DNA of 64,000 bases, taken from NCBI GenBank assembly GCA_050261575.1, contig JBLNDL010000011.1, positions 65,345 to 129,344 on the forward strand. The letters are read 5' to 3'. The translations under genes and the position numbers were made by a program. The notes below the pieces were generated by a model. The model was not told the origin of the DNA. It saw nothing but the letters and a program-made list of their open reading frames with translations, and made no database searches. Below are positions 30,186 through 39,708 of the stretch, in pieces (position 1 is the first letter of the stretch; each line of letters starts with the position of its first letter). This stretch comes from Sphingomonadaceae bacterium. GTDB lineage: Bacteria > Chloroflexota > UBA6077.

Positions 30186-30851
30186 ATGGCGGGGCCGATT
30201 CGACATCCCTGGAGGATCTCCATCGACGAGGCCAGGGCCCTACAGAGGCAGCTTAGCCGGCTGGTCGAGGAAACCGACCGGCTCGGAGAGATCTGCCACG
30301 TGGCGGGCGTCGACATCTCCGGGGTGCGGTCCGAGGGAGAGGCCACCGCGGCCGCCGTGTTGCTCTCCTTTCCAGGACTGCAACTGGTCGACGAGAGCAG
30401 GGTGAAGGGACCGTTGGAGTTCCCCTACATCCCCGGCTTTCTTTCTTTCCGCGAGGCCCCTTTGATGCTGGAGGCCCTGAGGGGACTGAGAACCGAGCCG
30501 GACCTGATCATGGTGGACGGTCAGGGCAGGGCACATCCCCGGCGGCTGGGCATCGCGTCGCATCTGGGGCTGATCGTGAACAAGCCTACCATCGGCTGTG
30601 CTAAGTCACGATTGGTCGGCAAGTACACGGAGCCCGCTGAGGAAGCCGGATCCACGGCCCCATTGGTGGACCGCGACGAGGTGATCGGGGCAGTCGTCCG
30701 GACGAAGACCGGCGTGAAGCCGATCTTCGTGTCGGTAGGCCACAAGATCTCCTTGCAGAAGGCCGTCGATCTGGTGATGCGATGCACTCTGCCGGGGCAA
30801 CGCATCCCAGAGCCCACCCGCCAGGCCCACCTCGCGGCGGGACGGGAGTAA
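30186..30851 (+). CDS. nfi: Endonuclease V (deoxyinosine 3' endonuclease)
   Basis: GVDIS, FPYIPGFLSFRE, DGQGRAHPRRLGIASHLG, IGCAKS, PIFVSVGH, PEPTRQAH; TATAAT at 30171. Confidence 0.96.
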   Translation: MAGPIRHPWRISIDEARALQRQLSRLVEETDRLGEICHVAGVDISGVRSEGEATAAAVLLSFPGLQLVDESRVKGPLEFPYIPGFLSFREAPLMLEALRGLRTEPDLIMVDGQGRAHPRRLGIASHLGLIVNKPTIGCAKSRLVGKYTEPAEEAGSTAPLVDRDEVIGAVVRTKTGVKPIFVSVGHKISLQKAVDLVMRCTLPGQRIPEPTRQAHLAAGRE

Positions 30852-30907
30852 GAGTAAGGTTATGGCCCCCCTGAGAGAGTGTAAACGTGCTGGAGGGTAC
30901 GCTCACA

Positions 30908-30951
30908 GGGGTGAGGGCCTTCACCCTAACCCTCTTCCAGAGGGAGAGGGG
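30908..30951 (+). repeat. REP-like palindromic repeat (CCTCACCCTAACCCTCTCC-GGGAGAGGG type)
   Basis: TCACCCTAACCCTCTTCCAGAGGGAGAGGG; related copies at 55460-55554. Confidence 0.65.
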
Positions 30952-30997
30952 ACTACCTCCCCTGGGGGAGGGAATACGAGTTTCGGAGTAGCGACCA

Positions 30998-32102
30998 TTG
31001 ATCGAGACCAGGCAGCAGTTGGCCGCTCTAGAGGCCAGAATCCAAGACCTGATGGTGCGTCTTTGACCTCGCCAGCAAGGAACGCGAGCTGGCTGGGCTG
31101 GAGGAGAAGTCGGCCTCTCCCGACCTTTGGAACGATGCTGAAGAGGCTCAGAAGACCCTGAAGCAACTGGCGGAGCTGCGCCAGGAAGTGACTAGCTGGA
31201 AGGATCTGAGAGCCCGCGCGGCGGATCTGGTAGCACTGGCAGACCTGGCGATCGAGGAATCCGAGGAGAGCCTCTCACTGGAACTCGAGCATGGAGCCAG
31301 CGATCTCCAGAAGGAGATCGAACAGCGTGAGTTCCAGCTACTGCTGAACGGCCCCTACGATCGGCGAAACGCCATCGTCGCGATCTACGCCGGGGCCGGT
31401 GGGGTCGACTCCCAAGACTGGGCCCAGATGCTACTCAGAATGTACCTTCGGTGGGCGGAACGCCGCGGCTTCAAGGCCGAGGTCATGGACCTTTCGGAAG
31501 GCGAGGAGGCCGGCATCAAGGCAGCCACCATCGAGATCTCGGGGCCGTACGCCTACGGCTATCTGAGAGCCGAGAAGGGGGTTCACCGGCTGGTGCGTCT
31601 CTCCCCCTTCGACAGCGCACACCGCAGGCACACCTCTTTCGCTTCCATCGAGGTCATGCCCGAGGTGGAGGACAACGTCGAGGTGCAGATCCCACCGGAG
31701 GAGATCCGGATGGACGTCTACCGCGCAACCGGGGCCGGTGGCCAGAACGTCAACAAGACCAGTTGCGCGGTGCGCCTGACCCACATCCCCACTGGGATCG
31801 TGGCCACTTGCCAGAACGAGCGATCGCAGGTGCAGAATCGTGAGACGGCCATGAAGATCCTCACCGCCCGCCTCCTAGAGTTGGAGCGGCGGAGGGTGGA
31901 GGAGGAGAAGGCCAAGCTGAGGGGAGAGCACATCGAGGCGGAATGGGGCAACCAGATCCGCTCCTACGTCCTGCACCCCTACACCATGGTGAAGGACCAC
32001 CGCACCAGCATCGAGACCAGCGACGTCAACGGCGTTCTGGACGGCGAGATCGACGAGTTCATCAACGGCTACCTCGCGTCGCAGATCGGACAACCCGCCT
32101 AA
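30998..32102 (+). CDS. prfB: Peptide chain release factor 2 with programmed +1 frameshift (join 30998..31063, 31065..32102)
   Basis: TTG-started 22-codon ORF ending CTT TGA C at 31061-31067; the +1 frame continues DLASK...DLWND into the SPF and GAGGQ motifs. Confidence 0.95.
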
Positions 32103-32104
32103 GC

Positions 32105-32180
32105 AGTACCGAGTACCCAGGACTGAGGAGCGAGGTAGCCCCTCACTCTTCAGTCCCGAGTCCTCGGTCCTCAGTCCTGG
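32105..32180. repeat. Inverted arrays of degenerate heptamers (GGACTGA/TCAGTCC)
   Basis: CCCAGGACTGAGGAGCGAGG ... TCAGTCCCGAGTCCTCGGTCCTCAGTCCTGG. Confidence 0.6.
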
Positions 32181-32187
32181 AGACAGC

Positions 32188-32817
32188 ATGATCGCCATCG
32201 TGGATTACGGGGCCGGGAATCTCAGAAGCGTCGAGAAAGCGCTGGAGAGGCTGGGCCACCGGGCACTCGTCACGAGCAACCCCGAAGAGATCCTCGCCTC
32301 CAAGGGGGTCATTCTGCCTGGGGTGGGCGCGGCCGCGGGCATCATGGGCGGGCTCCGCGACCTGGGCTTGGTGGAGCCGATCCTCGAGGTCATCCGGAGG
32401 GGCGTGCCGTTCCTCGGCGTCTGTATGGGCCTCCAGGTGCTCTTCACCGCCAGCGAGGAGGGCGACGTGCCCTGCCTGAACGTGCTCCCAGGGCGCGTGC
32501 GGCGCCTGCCCGAGGAGCTGAAAGTGCCTCACATGGGCTGGAACAACGTTCGCCAGGTCGGTTCGCACCCCTTGTGGGAAGGCATTCCAGACCGATCTTA
32601 CTTCTACTTCGTGCACTCCTTCTACGTCGCCCCCGAGCAGCGGTCGGTCATCATCGGGGAAACCGAGTACGGTATCCCCTTCACGTCCGCCGTGGCAGAA
32701 GCCAACGTGATGGGCACGCAGTTCCACCCGGAGAAGAGCGGTGCCCTCGGTATCCGCATCTACGACAACTTTGCGAAGTTGGTGAGAGATGGACTTCCAG
32801 GTAATCCCCGCAGTTGA
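32188..32817 (+). CDS. hisH: Imidazole glycerol phosphate synthase glutamine amidotransferase subunit
   Basis: DYGAGNL.SV, LPGVG, GVCMGLQ, PHMGWN, YFVHSF, QFHPEKSG. Confidence 0.96.
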   Translation: MIAIVDYGAGNLRSVEKALERLGHRALVTSNPEEILASKGVILPGVGAAAGIMGGLRDLGLVEPILEVIRRGVPFLGVCMGLQVLFTASEEGDVPCLNVLPGRVRRLPEELKVPHMGWNNVRQVGSHPLWEGIPDRSYFYFVHSFYVAPEQRSVIIGETEYGIPFTSAVAEANVMGTQFHPEKSGALGIRIYDNFAKLVRDGLPGNPRS

Positions 32818-33511
32818 CATCCGAGGGGGCCGCTGTGTCCGCCTGTATCAGGGGCAGTACGATCAGGAGACGGTGTTCTCCGAGGACCCAGTGGCCGTAG
32901 CGCTCCAGTGGCAGGATGGTGGCGCCCGCCTCGTTCACGTAGTCGACTTGGACGGCGCCCTCGCCGGCACCCCACAAAACCTGGAGACGGTGCGGCGCAT
33001 CGTGGAGGCGCTCTCCGTGCCCATCGAGTTCGGCGGCGGCCTGAGAGATCTGCGCTCCATCCAGCAGGCGATGGAGACGGGCGTGGCCCGCGTCATCCTC
33101 GGAACGGCAGCGGTGGAGACTCCCTCCCTCGTCAAGAACGCCTGCGCCCTCTTCGGCGACAGGGTCGCAGTCGCCCTCGACGCCCGGAACGGCATCGTGA
33201 TGACCCACGGGTGGACCGAGGCCTCCGGCGAGACCGCTCTGGATGTGGCGACCAGGATGGTCAACCTCGGCGCAAGCCGACTCGTCTACACCGATATCTC
33301 CAGGGATGGAACCCTGACAGAGCCGAACTTCGACTCCATCAACCATCTAGCGACGTCCGTTGGTGTCCCGGTGATCGCCTCCGGCGGTATCTCCAGGGCC
33401 GAGCACCTGGTGCGGCTTCGCAACCTCGGGGTCGAGGGCGCCGTGGTGGGGCGAGCCCTCTACACCGGCGACATCAAGCTGGCCGATCTTCGCCAACTGG
33501 GGCTGCTGTAG
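32789..33511 (+). CDS. hisA: ProFAR isomerase
   Basis: [42 protein letters not shown]. Confidence 0.96.
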   Translation: MDFQVIPAVDIRGGRCVRLYQGQYDQETVFSEDPVAVALQWQDGGARLVHVVDLDGALAGTPQNLETVRRIVEALSVPIEFGGGLRDLRSIQQAMETGVARVILGTAAVETPSLVKNACALFGDRVAVALDARNGIVMTHGWTEASGETALDVATRMVNLGASRLVYTDISRDGTLTEPNFDSINHLATSVGVPVIASGGISRAEHLVRLRNLGVEGAVVGRALYTGDIKLADLRQLGLL

Positions 33512-33518
33512 GATCAAG

Positions 33519-34286
33519 ATGCTCACCAAACGCGTGATCCCCTGTTTCGACGTCGACCGAGGCCGAGTCGTCAAAGGCATCAACTTCGTCAACCTCCGGG
33601 ACGCCGGAGACCCCGTCGAACTGGCCGTCCGCTACGAGCAAGAGGGTGCAGACGAGGTGGTCTTCCTGGACATCACCGCCTCCAGCGACGGGCGCGACAC
33701 CATGGTGGACGTGGTGCGGAAGACGGCGGAGGTGCTCTTCATTCCGCTCACCGTGGGTGGCGGCATCCGATCAGTGGGGGATGCGCGACGCCTCCTGAAG
33801 GCCGGCGCGGACAAGATCTCGCTGAACACGGCCGCCGTGAAGGACCCGTCGGTGATAAGCCGAGGCGCCGACCTCTTCGGCTCCCAATGCATGGTGGTAT
33901 CCATCGACGCCAAACGGAAGCCCGGCCCACGGGATTCACTAGCCTGGGAGGTCTACACTCACGGGGGACGAACGCCGACCGGCATCGATGCTATCGAGTG
34001 GGCACACAGGGTGGTGGAACTGGGCGCGGGAGAGATACTGCTGACCAGCATGGATCGGGACGGAACGCAGGGGGGGTACGACCTGGAGCTAACGGCGGCC
34101 ATCTCGAAGGCCGTCACCGTGCCGGTGATCGCATCCGGCGGGGCGGGAAGCCCGGACCACCTCTACGAGGCGCTTGCTGCCGGTGCAGACGCGGTGCTGG
34201 CGGCGTCCATCTTCCACTATGGTAGCTATACGGTCCGCGACGTAAAGTCCTACCTGTCCCAGCGGGGCTTGCCAATACGGCACTGA
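33519..34286 (+). CDS. hisF: Imidazole glycerol phosphate synthase cyclase subunit
   Basis: [48 protein letters not shown]. Confidence 0.97.
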   Translation: MLTKRVIPCFDVDRGRVVKGINFVNLRDAGDPVELAVRYEQEGADEVVFLDITASSDGRDTMVDVVRKTAEVLFIPLTVGGGIRSVGDARRLLKAGADKISLNTAAVKDPSVISRGADLFGSQCMVVSIDAKRKPGPRDSLAWEVYTHGGRTPTGIDAIEWAHRVVELGAGEILLTSMDRDGTQGGYDLELTAAISKAVTVPVIASGGAGSPDHLYEALAAGADAVLAASIFHYGSYTVRDVKSYLSQRGLPIRH

Positions 34287-34322
34287 GCAGGCATCTCTGG
34301 ACAGAGTACACGTTTCCAGCTC
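34286..34322 (+). repeat. Partial copy of the 68-bp MITE-like element
   Basis: GCAGGCATCTCTGGACAGAGTACACGTTTCCAGC; 29/36 identical to the left half of 35382-35447. Confidence 0.6.
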
Positions 34323-34409
34323 GTGGGGGATGGACCCGCGCTGCCACGTGGGGCCTTCGCCTGCGGCTGAGGGTGACAAGTAGGGCGCTCGGGTACCCCC
34401 CAAGCCTTG

Positions 34410-35357
34410 CTACGAGACCCCGCTGGCATCCGCCTCCGTCAGGGTAACCGGCGCCGCCTCGCGCTCCTCCAGGGCATCCAGCCGCATGACCTCCTTGAGG
34501 GCCACCATCCCCACCTCCAGCATCGACTCGTTTGGCTCGCGGGTAGTCATCCGTTGAAGCGCCAGCCCCGGGGCGGCCATCCCTCGTATCAAGGGATTGG
34601 AGTAGTGGGCCGCAGTGAACTTGATGAACTCGTAGGCGACTCCGGCAATCACCGGCACCAGGACGATCCTGGAGAGGATGCGCAACTCCATGGGCGGCCT
34701 CCCCAGCAGGGCGAAGACCAGAATGGATATCACCATCACCACCAGTAGAAAGCTGGTCCCGCAGCGAGGATGCGCCGTGGTGAAGGAGGCCGCGGCGGAT
34801 GCCTCCAGCGGCTTGCTCGCCTCGTGCGCGTTGATGCACTTGTGCTCGGCTCCATGGTAGGCGAACACCCGCTTGATGTCAGGCATCCAGCCAATCGCCC
34901 ACAGGTAGAGCAGGAAGACCAGCAGACGGATAATGCCTTCGACGACGTTGCTGGCGAAAGAGGACTCGATCCGGTGGTCTGCCAGCCCCACCAGCAGCAG
35001 CGGCGTGACGAAGAAGAGGCCGATGGCGAAGAGGATGGCCACCGCCGCGGTGCCCCACATCATCGGCTTGCTCAGCTCGGCTCCCTCCCCCTCCTCCTGG
35101 AGAGCCACGTTGGCCGAGAACATCAGCGCCCGCATTCCGAGCACCAGGGTATCCCATAGCATTGCAACGCCCCGAACGAAGGGCACCTTTATGAACCACC
35201 CCTCGTATAGGGCTCGAGGCAGTCGCTCAGAGTGGACGACGATCTCCGAGGAAGGGGCGCGGACCGCGACGGTAGCCCAGCGCCTACCTCGCATCATGAT
35301 CCCCTCGAGCACCGCCTGCCCGCCATAGGGGAAAGCACTCTTGCTGTCCGAACTCAT
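34410..35357 (-). CDS. DUF1385 family membrane protein (YqhQ-like)
   Basis: YGGQAVLEGIMMR, RVFAYHGAEHK, HPRCGTSF, PGLALQRMTTREP. Confidence 0.92.
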   Translation of the reverse strand: MSSDSKSAFPYGGQAVLEGIMMRGRRWATVAVRAPSSEIVVHSERLPRALYEGWFIKVPFVRGVAMLWDTLVLGMRALMFSANVALQEEGEGAELSKPMMWGTAAVAILFAIGLFFVTPLLLVGLADHRIESSFASNVVEGIIRLLVFLLYLWAIGWMPDIKRVFAYHGAEHKCINAHEASKPLEASAAASFTTAHPRCGTSFLLVVMVISILVFALLGRPPMELRILSRIVLVPVIAGVAYEFIKFTAAHYSNPLIRGMAAPGLALQRMTTREPNESMLEVGMVALKEVMRLDALEEREAAPVTLTEADASGVS

Positions 35358-35380
35358 CTACCGCTCCTGCCTAACGACTA

Positions 35381-35448
35381 TGCAGGTATCTCCAGACAGG
35401 GTACACGTTACCAGCCAGAGAAGCTGACGTGAACTAGAGATGCCTGCT
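35381..35448 (+). mobile_element. 68-bp MITE-like element, copy A
   Basis: TIRs GCAGGTATCTC/GAGATGCCTGC; 50/66 ungapped identity to the reverse complement of 44011-44076. Confidence 0.6.
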
Positions 35449-35460
35449 CAGTCTAGCACA

Positions 35461-35503
35461 ATAAACAAAAAGGGAGAGGCAGAGTGACTCCTCTGTCTCT
35501 CCC
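35461..35503 (-). terminator. Rho-independent terminator after rpmE
   Basis: 13-bp stem GGGAGAGGCAGAG/CTCTGTCTCTCCC, then TTTTTGTTT on the minus strand. Confidence 0.8.
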
Positions 35504-35519
35504 CGGTGAACCCCCGTCG

Positions 35520-35726
35520 CTACTGGGTCTTCTTCTGGATCTTTTTCATGAAGCGCTCGACGCGCCCGCCAGTGTCCACGATCCTCTGCTCGCCCGTGTA
35601 GAACGGATGGCACTGAGAGCAAACGTCGATCCGCAGATTCTGCTTCGTGGAGGCCGTCTTGAACTGCGCGCCGCAAGCGCATACGATCGTGCTCTCCGCG
35701 TACTTGGGATGAATACCCTTCTTCAA
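35520..35726 (-). CDS. rpmE: 50S ribosomal protein L31 (Zn-binding type)
   Basis: [29 protein letters not shown]. Confidence 0.97.
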   Translation of the reverse strand: MKKGIHPKYAESTIVCACGAQFKTASTKQNLRIDVCSQCHPFYTGEQRIVDTGGRVERFMKKIQKKTQ

Positions 35727-35748
35727 CCTTATCCTCCCCGATCAGTCG

Positions 35749-36012
35749 CTACGCCGTCGGGGCCGCGTAGATGCTGACCTTCTTCTGATCTTTGCTGTAG
35801 TTCCCGAACTTTACGACGCCGTCGATCAGAGCAAACAGGGTGTGATCCTTGCCCAGCCCCACGTTGTCGCCAGGCCGCATCCAGGTCCCCCGCTGTCGCA
35901 CCAGGATCGAACCAGCTCGAACCTGCTGGCCGTCGCCCACCTTCAGGCCAAGCCTCTGACTCGCGCTGTCGCGACCGTTACGTGAGCTGCCTACGCCTTT
36001 CTTGTGTGCCAT
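35749..36012 (-). CDS. rpmA: 50S ribosomal protein L27
   Basis: [30 protein letters not shown]. Confidence 0.98.
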   Translation of the reverse strand: MAHKKGVGSSRNGRDSASQRLGLKVGDGQQVRAGSILVRQRGTWMRPGDNVGLGKDHTLFALIDGVVKFGNYSKDQKKVSIYAAPTA

Positions 36013-36024
36013 CTAGATACTCTC

Positions 36025-36339
36025 CTACCCCAGCGCGATGTTCTCAACCACAACCCGCGTGTAAGACTGCCTGTGGCCCGTCTTCTTGCGATAGCGAGTC
36101 TTCGGCTTGTAGCGGAAGACCACAATCTTCTTTCCTCGGCCCTGCTGCACCACGCTGCCGGTGACCTTGGCCCCTGCCACGACCGGGTTGCCGAGCCGAA
36201 GCCCCTCGTCCGTCGACACCATGAGGACTCGTCCAAGTTCGACGGTGTCCCCAATCTCGGCCGGAATACGCTCCACATCCACGGTCTGCCCGACCTCGAC
36301 CTTGTACTGCTTTCCACCCGTCTCAACTACCGCGTACAT
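36025..36339 (-). CDS. rplU: 50S ribosomal protein L21
   Basis: MYAVVETGGKQYKV, GHRQSYT. Confidence 0.98.
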   Translation of the reverse strand: MYAVVETGGKQYKVEVGQTVDVERIPAEIGDTVELGRVLMVSTDEGLRLGNPVVAGAKVTGSVVQQGRGKKIVVFRYKPKTRYRKKTGHRQSYTRVVVENIALG

Positions 36340-36471
36340 TCAACACCTTCCCGGTCCGCGAACGCGTGGACAACCGAGCCACGCCGCACATCCAATGGTA
36401 TCGGGTCTTGCAAGACCGCTCGAACGCAAGCCCACACAACAAAACGCGGCGCTTCCGCCCCGCGATAAGGG

Positions 36472-36501
36472 AGTATAACCCCTCCAGAATCGGACTGTCA
36501 A
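36472..36501 (-). promoter_or_regulatory. sigma70 promoter of rplU-rpmA-rpmE
   Basis: TTGACA-18 nt-TATACT; the -35 lies within the palindrome CTGTCAA-G-TTGACAG. Confidence 0.7.
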
Positions 36502-36557
36502 GTTGACAGCCACTTCGCTTGAGCATCTCGTTCATCTGGCGATGCGAATCCGAAGCA

Positions 36558-37205
36558 CTACTCCCTCAGGATCAATCGCAGGCGGGTGATCTCGCAGTCG
36601 GCCGGATCGAGTCCCATCTCCCTCAACACCTCGTCGGGTCGACCGGCTCCCTGAGCATCGGTTCGAAGCTCCATGCGGACCGCTGCCCGACCGTCCGCTG
36701 CCGGCTCCACCTGCAGGGCTCGGATCATCGGCCGGAGGTCGTATCGCTTTGCCTTCCCCTCCTTGGCCCGCTCGCGCACCAGGCTGCCTGCGGCGAGGAT
36801 GCGCTCCGCCTCCCGCCGTACCGGCTCCTCCTGAGTCTCCCTGGAGCAGAGCACTCGATACTCGGCGGCCATCAGCGACCGCTGGATGGCGGGCGCATCG
36901 GCGGGGATTTCCTCCACCCCCAGCACCGCGATGCCCTCCGGAAGCTGCCGGGCCAGATCCTCCAACGCCCCTCCCAAAGGGCGGGACTCGTCCAACTGGA
37001 TCTCCAGCAGCTCCGCCTCCGCGGCGACCCCGACCGGAAGCGCCGCGGCAAAGGAGAGCTTGGGATGCGGGTTGAAGCCCTGGCTGTAGGTGAGTTGCCA
37101 GCCCGCGCGGCGTAGCACCCGCTCCCACATCCGCATCAACTCCAGGTGAGACAGGTACTTCACCCCACCATGCCTGGCGAACCCGATTCTGAGCCGCTGA
37201 GCCAT
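36558..37205 (-). CDS. Radical SAM-associated protein (TIGR03936/DUF2344)
   Basis: YLSHLEL.R..ER..RRA, YSQGFNPHPKLSFAAALPVG; TGATG coupling to the upstream gene. Confidence 0.92.
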   Translation of the reverse strand: MAQRLRIGFARHGGVKYLSHLELMRMWERVLRRAGWQLTYSQGFNPHPKLSFAAALPVGVAAEAELLEIQLDESRPLGGALEDLARQLPEGIAVLGVEEIPADAPAIQRSLMAAEYRVLCSRETQEEPVRREAERILAAGSLVRERAKEGKAKRYDLRPMIRALQVEPAADGRAAVRMELRTDAQGAGRPDEVLREMGLDPADCEITRLRLILRE

Positions 37206-39043
37206 CAGCACCCCCCGTAGACCTGCCGGACGCCGCAGCCCCAGCACTTCCCCGAGCGGCAGTCGGGGGACAGCTCCTCCTTCAACGCCCGCCGGTACTC
37301 CCTTGCCAGGAAGCTCTTCTTCACTCCTGCGGAAATGTGATCCCAGGGCAGGGGCTCATCCAGCGAAACCTGCCTCTCGGCTGCCGCGTGTATGTCCATT
37401 CCCTCCTCGGCAAACGCCTGCCGCCACAGCTCGAAGCTGAACCGCTCGGCCCAGGCGTCGAATCGGCAGCCCAACTGCCACGCTCGGTGGATCACCGCGG
37501 CGGTGCGGCGGTCCCCCCGAGCAACGGCGGCCTCCACCACACTCGTCTGGGGATCGTGCCAGCTAAGGCTCAACCCCGGCCCCCTGATCCCCTTCTGCAG
37601 GCGAGAGAGCTTCTCCCTGATGCGATCGTACGGATCCTGGCCGAACCACTGGAAGGGGGCGTGCGGCTTGGGCACCATCGCGCCAACCGAGACCTTCACC
37701 TGCGTCCGGTTTCCCGCGTGGCGTCGCCCGATGTCGCGGACCCGATAGGCCAGCCTGGCTATTCCATCCAGGTCCTCGTCGGTCTCCGTCGGCAACCCGA
37801 TCATGAAGTACAGCTTCACCGCCGTCCATCCGTGGGCAAAGGCAGCCTCGACCGCGGCCTCGATCTCCTCCTCTCCAACCCCCTTGTTGATCACGTCCCG
37901 CAGGCGCTGAGTTCCCGCCTCGGGCGCGAAGGTGAGCCCACCTCCGTAGGCGTCGTGGAGGGCGTGCGCCAGCCTTACCGAGAAAGCATCGACCCGCAGG
38001 GAGGGCAGGCTCACCTTGATCCTCCGCTTGGGGTACTCGACGGCAAGCTCGTTCACCACCTGCTCCACCCCAGTGTAGTCGGCGGTGCTCAAGGAGACCA
38101 GCGACAACTCGTCGTAACCTGTGTTGGCTATCAGCTCTGCAGCGTTCTCCAGCACCTCCTCGGGTGCGCGCTCGCGCACGGGTCGGTAGATGATGCCAGC
38201 CTGGCAGAAGCGACAGCCCCGCGTGCAGCCTCGCTGCACCTCGACCATCGCCCGATCGTGGATCGCCTCCATGTAGGGGACCACAGGTCTCACCGGCGAG
38301 GGCCCCAGGGTGGCGACGCGCCTCGCGCGCACCACTGCCGGGGCCTCGGGAACCTTCGGCACGGGGCGCCAGCAGCTCTCGGATCGCTCGATCTCGTAGA
38401 AGGATGGAACATAGACACCCTCCAGCTTCGCCGCCTCGCGCAGGTACGCATCTTTCGGCACTCGACCGCCCTGCGGTACGCGCCGACCATCCAGTCTCAT
38501 CCTGCCGTAGAGCCGCAGCAGATCCAGCAGAGCCTCCTCGCCGTCCCCCACCACGAAGAGATCCACGAACGGAGCCATTGGCTCGGGGTTGTAGGCCCCG
38601 CTCCCGCCTGCGATCACCACCGGGTGGCGCTCGTCCCTTTCCGAACTGAGGATCGGCATACCCGCCAGGTCCAGCAGGTTCAGCACGTTCGTGTAGGTCA
38701 TCTCCATGGAGAGTGAGACACCCAGCAGGTCGAAGTCCACCAGGGGGCGGCGGGACTCGAGGGAGAAGAGAGGGACACCCCTCTCCCGCATCAGGGACTC
38801 CATGTCCACCCAGGGCGAGTAGGCGCGCTCGGCCAGGAGATCGGGTTCCCGGTTCACCAGATCGTAGAGTATCTGGAGGCCGAGGTTGGACATTCCCACC
38901 TCGTACACGTCCGGATAGATCAGAACGGCGCGCGCGGAAACGGATTCCCACTCCTTCCGAACGGAGTTGAGTTCACCTCCCACGTAGCGAGCAGGCTTGG
39001 TCACTCTCGGCAACAGGGCATCTATGTCGATCAACGGCCGCAT
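37205..39043 (-). CDS. TIGR03960 family B12-binding radical SAM protein
   Basis: KPARYVGGELN, PDVYEVGMSNLG, RGCTRGCRFCQAG, SLPSLR, TFAPEAG, KLYFMIGLP. Confidence 0.93.
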   Translation of the reverse strand: MRPLIDIDALLPRVTKPARYVGGELNSVRKEWESVSARAVLIYPDVYEVGMSNLGLQILYDLVNREPDLLAERAYSPWVDMESLMRERGVPLFSLESRRPLVDFDLLGVSLSMEMTYTNVLNLLDLAGMPILSSERDERHPVVIAGGSGAYNPEPMAPFVDLFVVGDGEEALLDLLRLYGRMRLDGRRVPQGGRVPKDAYLREAAKLEGVYVPSFYEIERSESCWRPVPKVPEAPAVVRARRVATLGPSPVRPVVPYMEAIHDRAMVEVQRGCTRGCRFCQAGIIYRPVRERAPEEVLENAAELIANTGYDELSLVSLSTADYTGVEQVVNELAVEYPKRRIKVSLPSLRVDAFSVRLAHALHDAYGGGLTFAPEAGTQRLRDVINKGVGEEEIEAAVEAAFAHGWTAVKLYFMIGLPTETDEDLDGIARLAYRVRDIGRRHAGNRTQVKVSVGAMVPKPHAPFQWFGQDPYDRIREKLSRLQKGIRGPGLSLSWHDPQTSVVEAAVARGDRRTAAVIHRAWQLGCRFDAWAERFSFELWRQAFAEEGMDIHAAAERQVSLDEPLPWDHISAGVKKSFLAREYRRALKEELSPDCRSGKCWGCGVRQVYGGC

Positions 39044-39094
39044 CCCTCTCTGGAGCAGGGGTAGAGAGAGATTATACCAAAGGCCGGTCGCCGC

Positions 39095-39550
39095 CTATGG
39101 GGCGCGGTGGCGCACCACCAGCACGGGGCAGTCGGCGTTCTCGATCACCCGCTCTACGACACGACCGATGGCGAGCCTGCGAGCCCCCCCAACGTGACTG
39201 CTCGACCCCAGTACCAGCAGGTCCACCTGCCTGGCTGCCGCCTCGGCGACTATCTCCAGATGCGGGCTGCCGCGCCTGAGCACGGTCTCCACCGAGATAC
39301 CCATCCGCCGAGCCATCAACTGGCCTTCGTGGAGAATCGCCTGGTGGCTTCTCTGCATCTCGCCCAGCACCTCCTCTCCGGGCCGACCGAGCACACGAGA
39401 GATCTCCTGGGCGAGCCCCGTGTCCACCACGGTGACCATCACCACCTGCGCCCCGTGCGTCTGAGCCATGCGCAGCGCCAGGTCGGCAGCCGCCTCGGAA
39501 CTGGGGGTGCCGCTCATGGCCACCAGGATCCTGTGAAAGATGCCGTTCAC
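39095..39550 (-). CDS. Universal stress protein (UspA family)
   Basis: RILVA..G...S..A, G.P...I...A...VDLLVLG, G.V.ERVI..A.CPVLVVR. Confidence 0.92.
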   Translation of the reverse strand: MNGIFHRILVAMSGTPSSEAAADLALRMAQTHGAQVVMVTVVDTGLAQEISRVLGRPGEEVLGEMQRSHQAILHEGQLMARRMGISVETVLRRGSPHLEIVAEAAARQVDLLVLGSSSHVGGARRLAIGRVVERVIENADCPVLVVRHRAP

Positions 39551-39659
39551 GCTGACTCACCCCCGTTCTACCCTCGGGATGAGGTCCTCATCGAGTGCCC
39601 GACGGGCCAGCAGAGTATGACGCTGCGCTCGCTCGCGTTGCGGGGTGAGGGCCCGTCCA

Positions 39660-39708
39660 TCCCTTTCCCCCGTCCCCCCTCTCCGCATCCCCCCGTCCCT
39701 CCGTCCCC
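39660..39708 (+). repeat. Pyrimidine-rich 8-mer tandem repeats (CCCCGTCC-like)
   Basis: TCCCCCGTCCCCCTCTCCGCATCCCCCCGTCCCTCCGTCCCC. Confidence 0.45.

Noticed and set aside
31064..31066. prfB as a pseudogene or sequencing error
   Set aside because: The stop lies in the canonical CTT-TGA-C programmed frameshift context.
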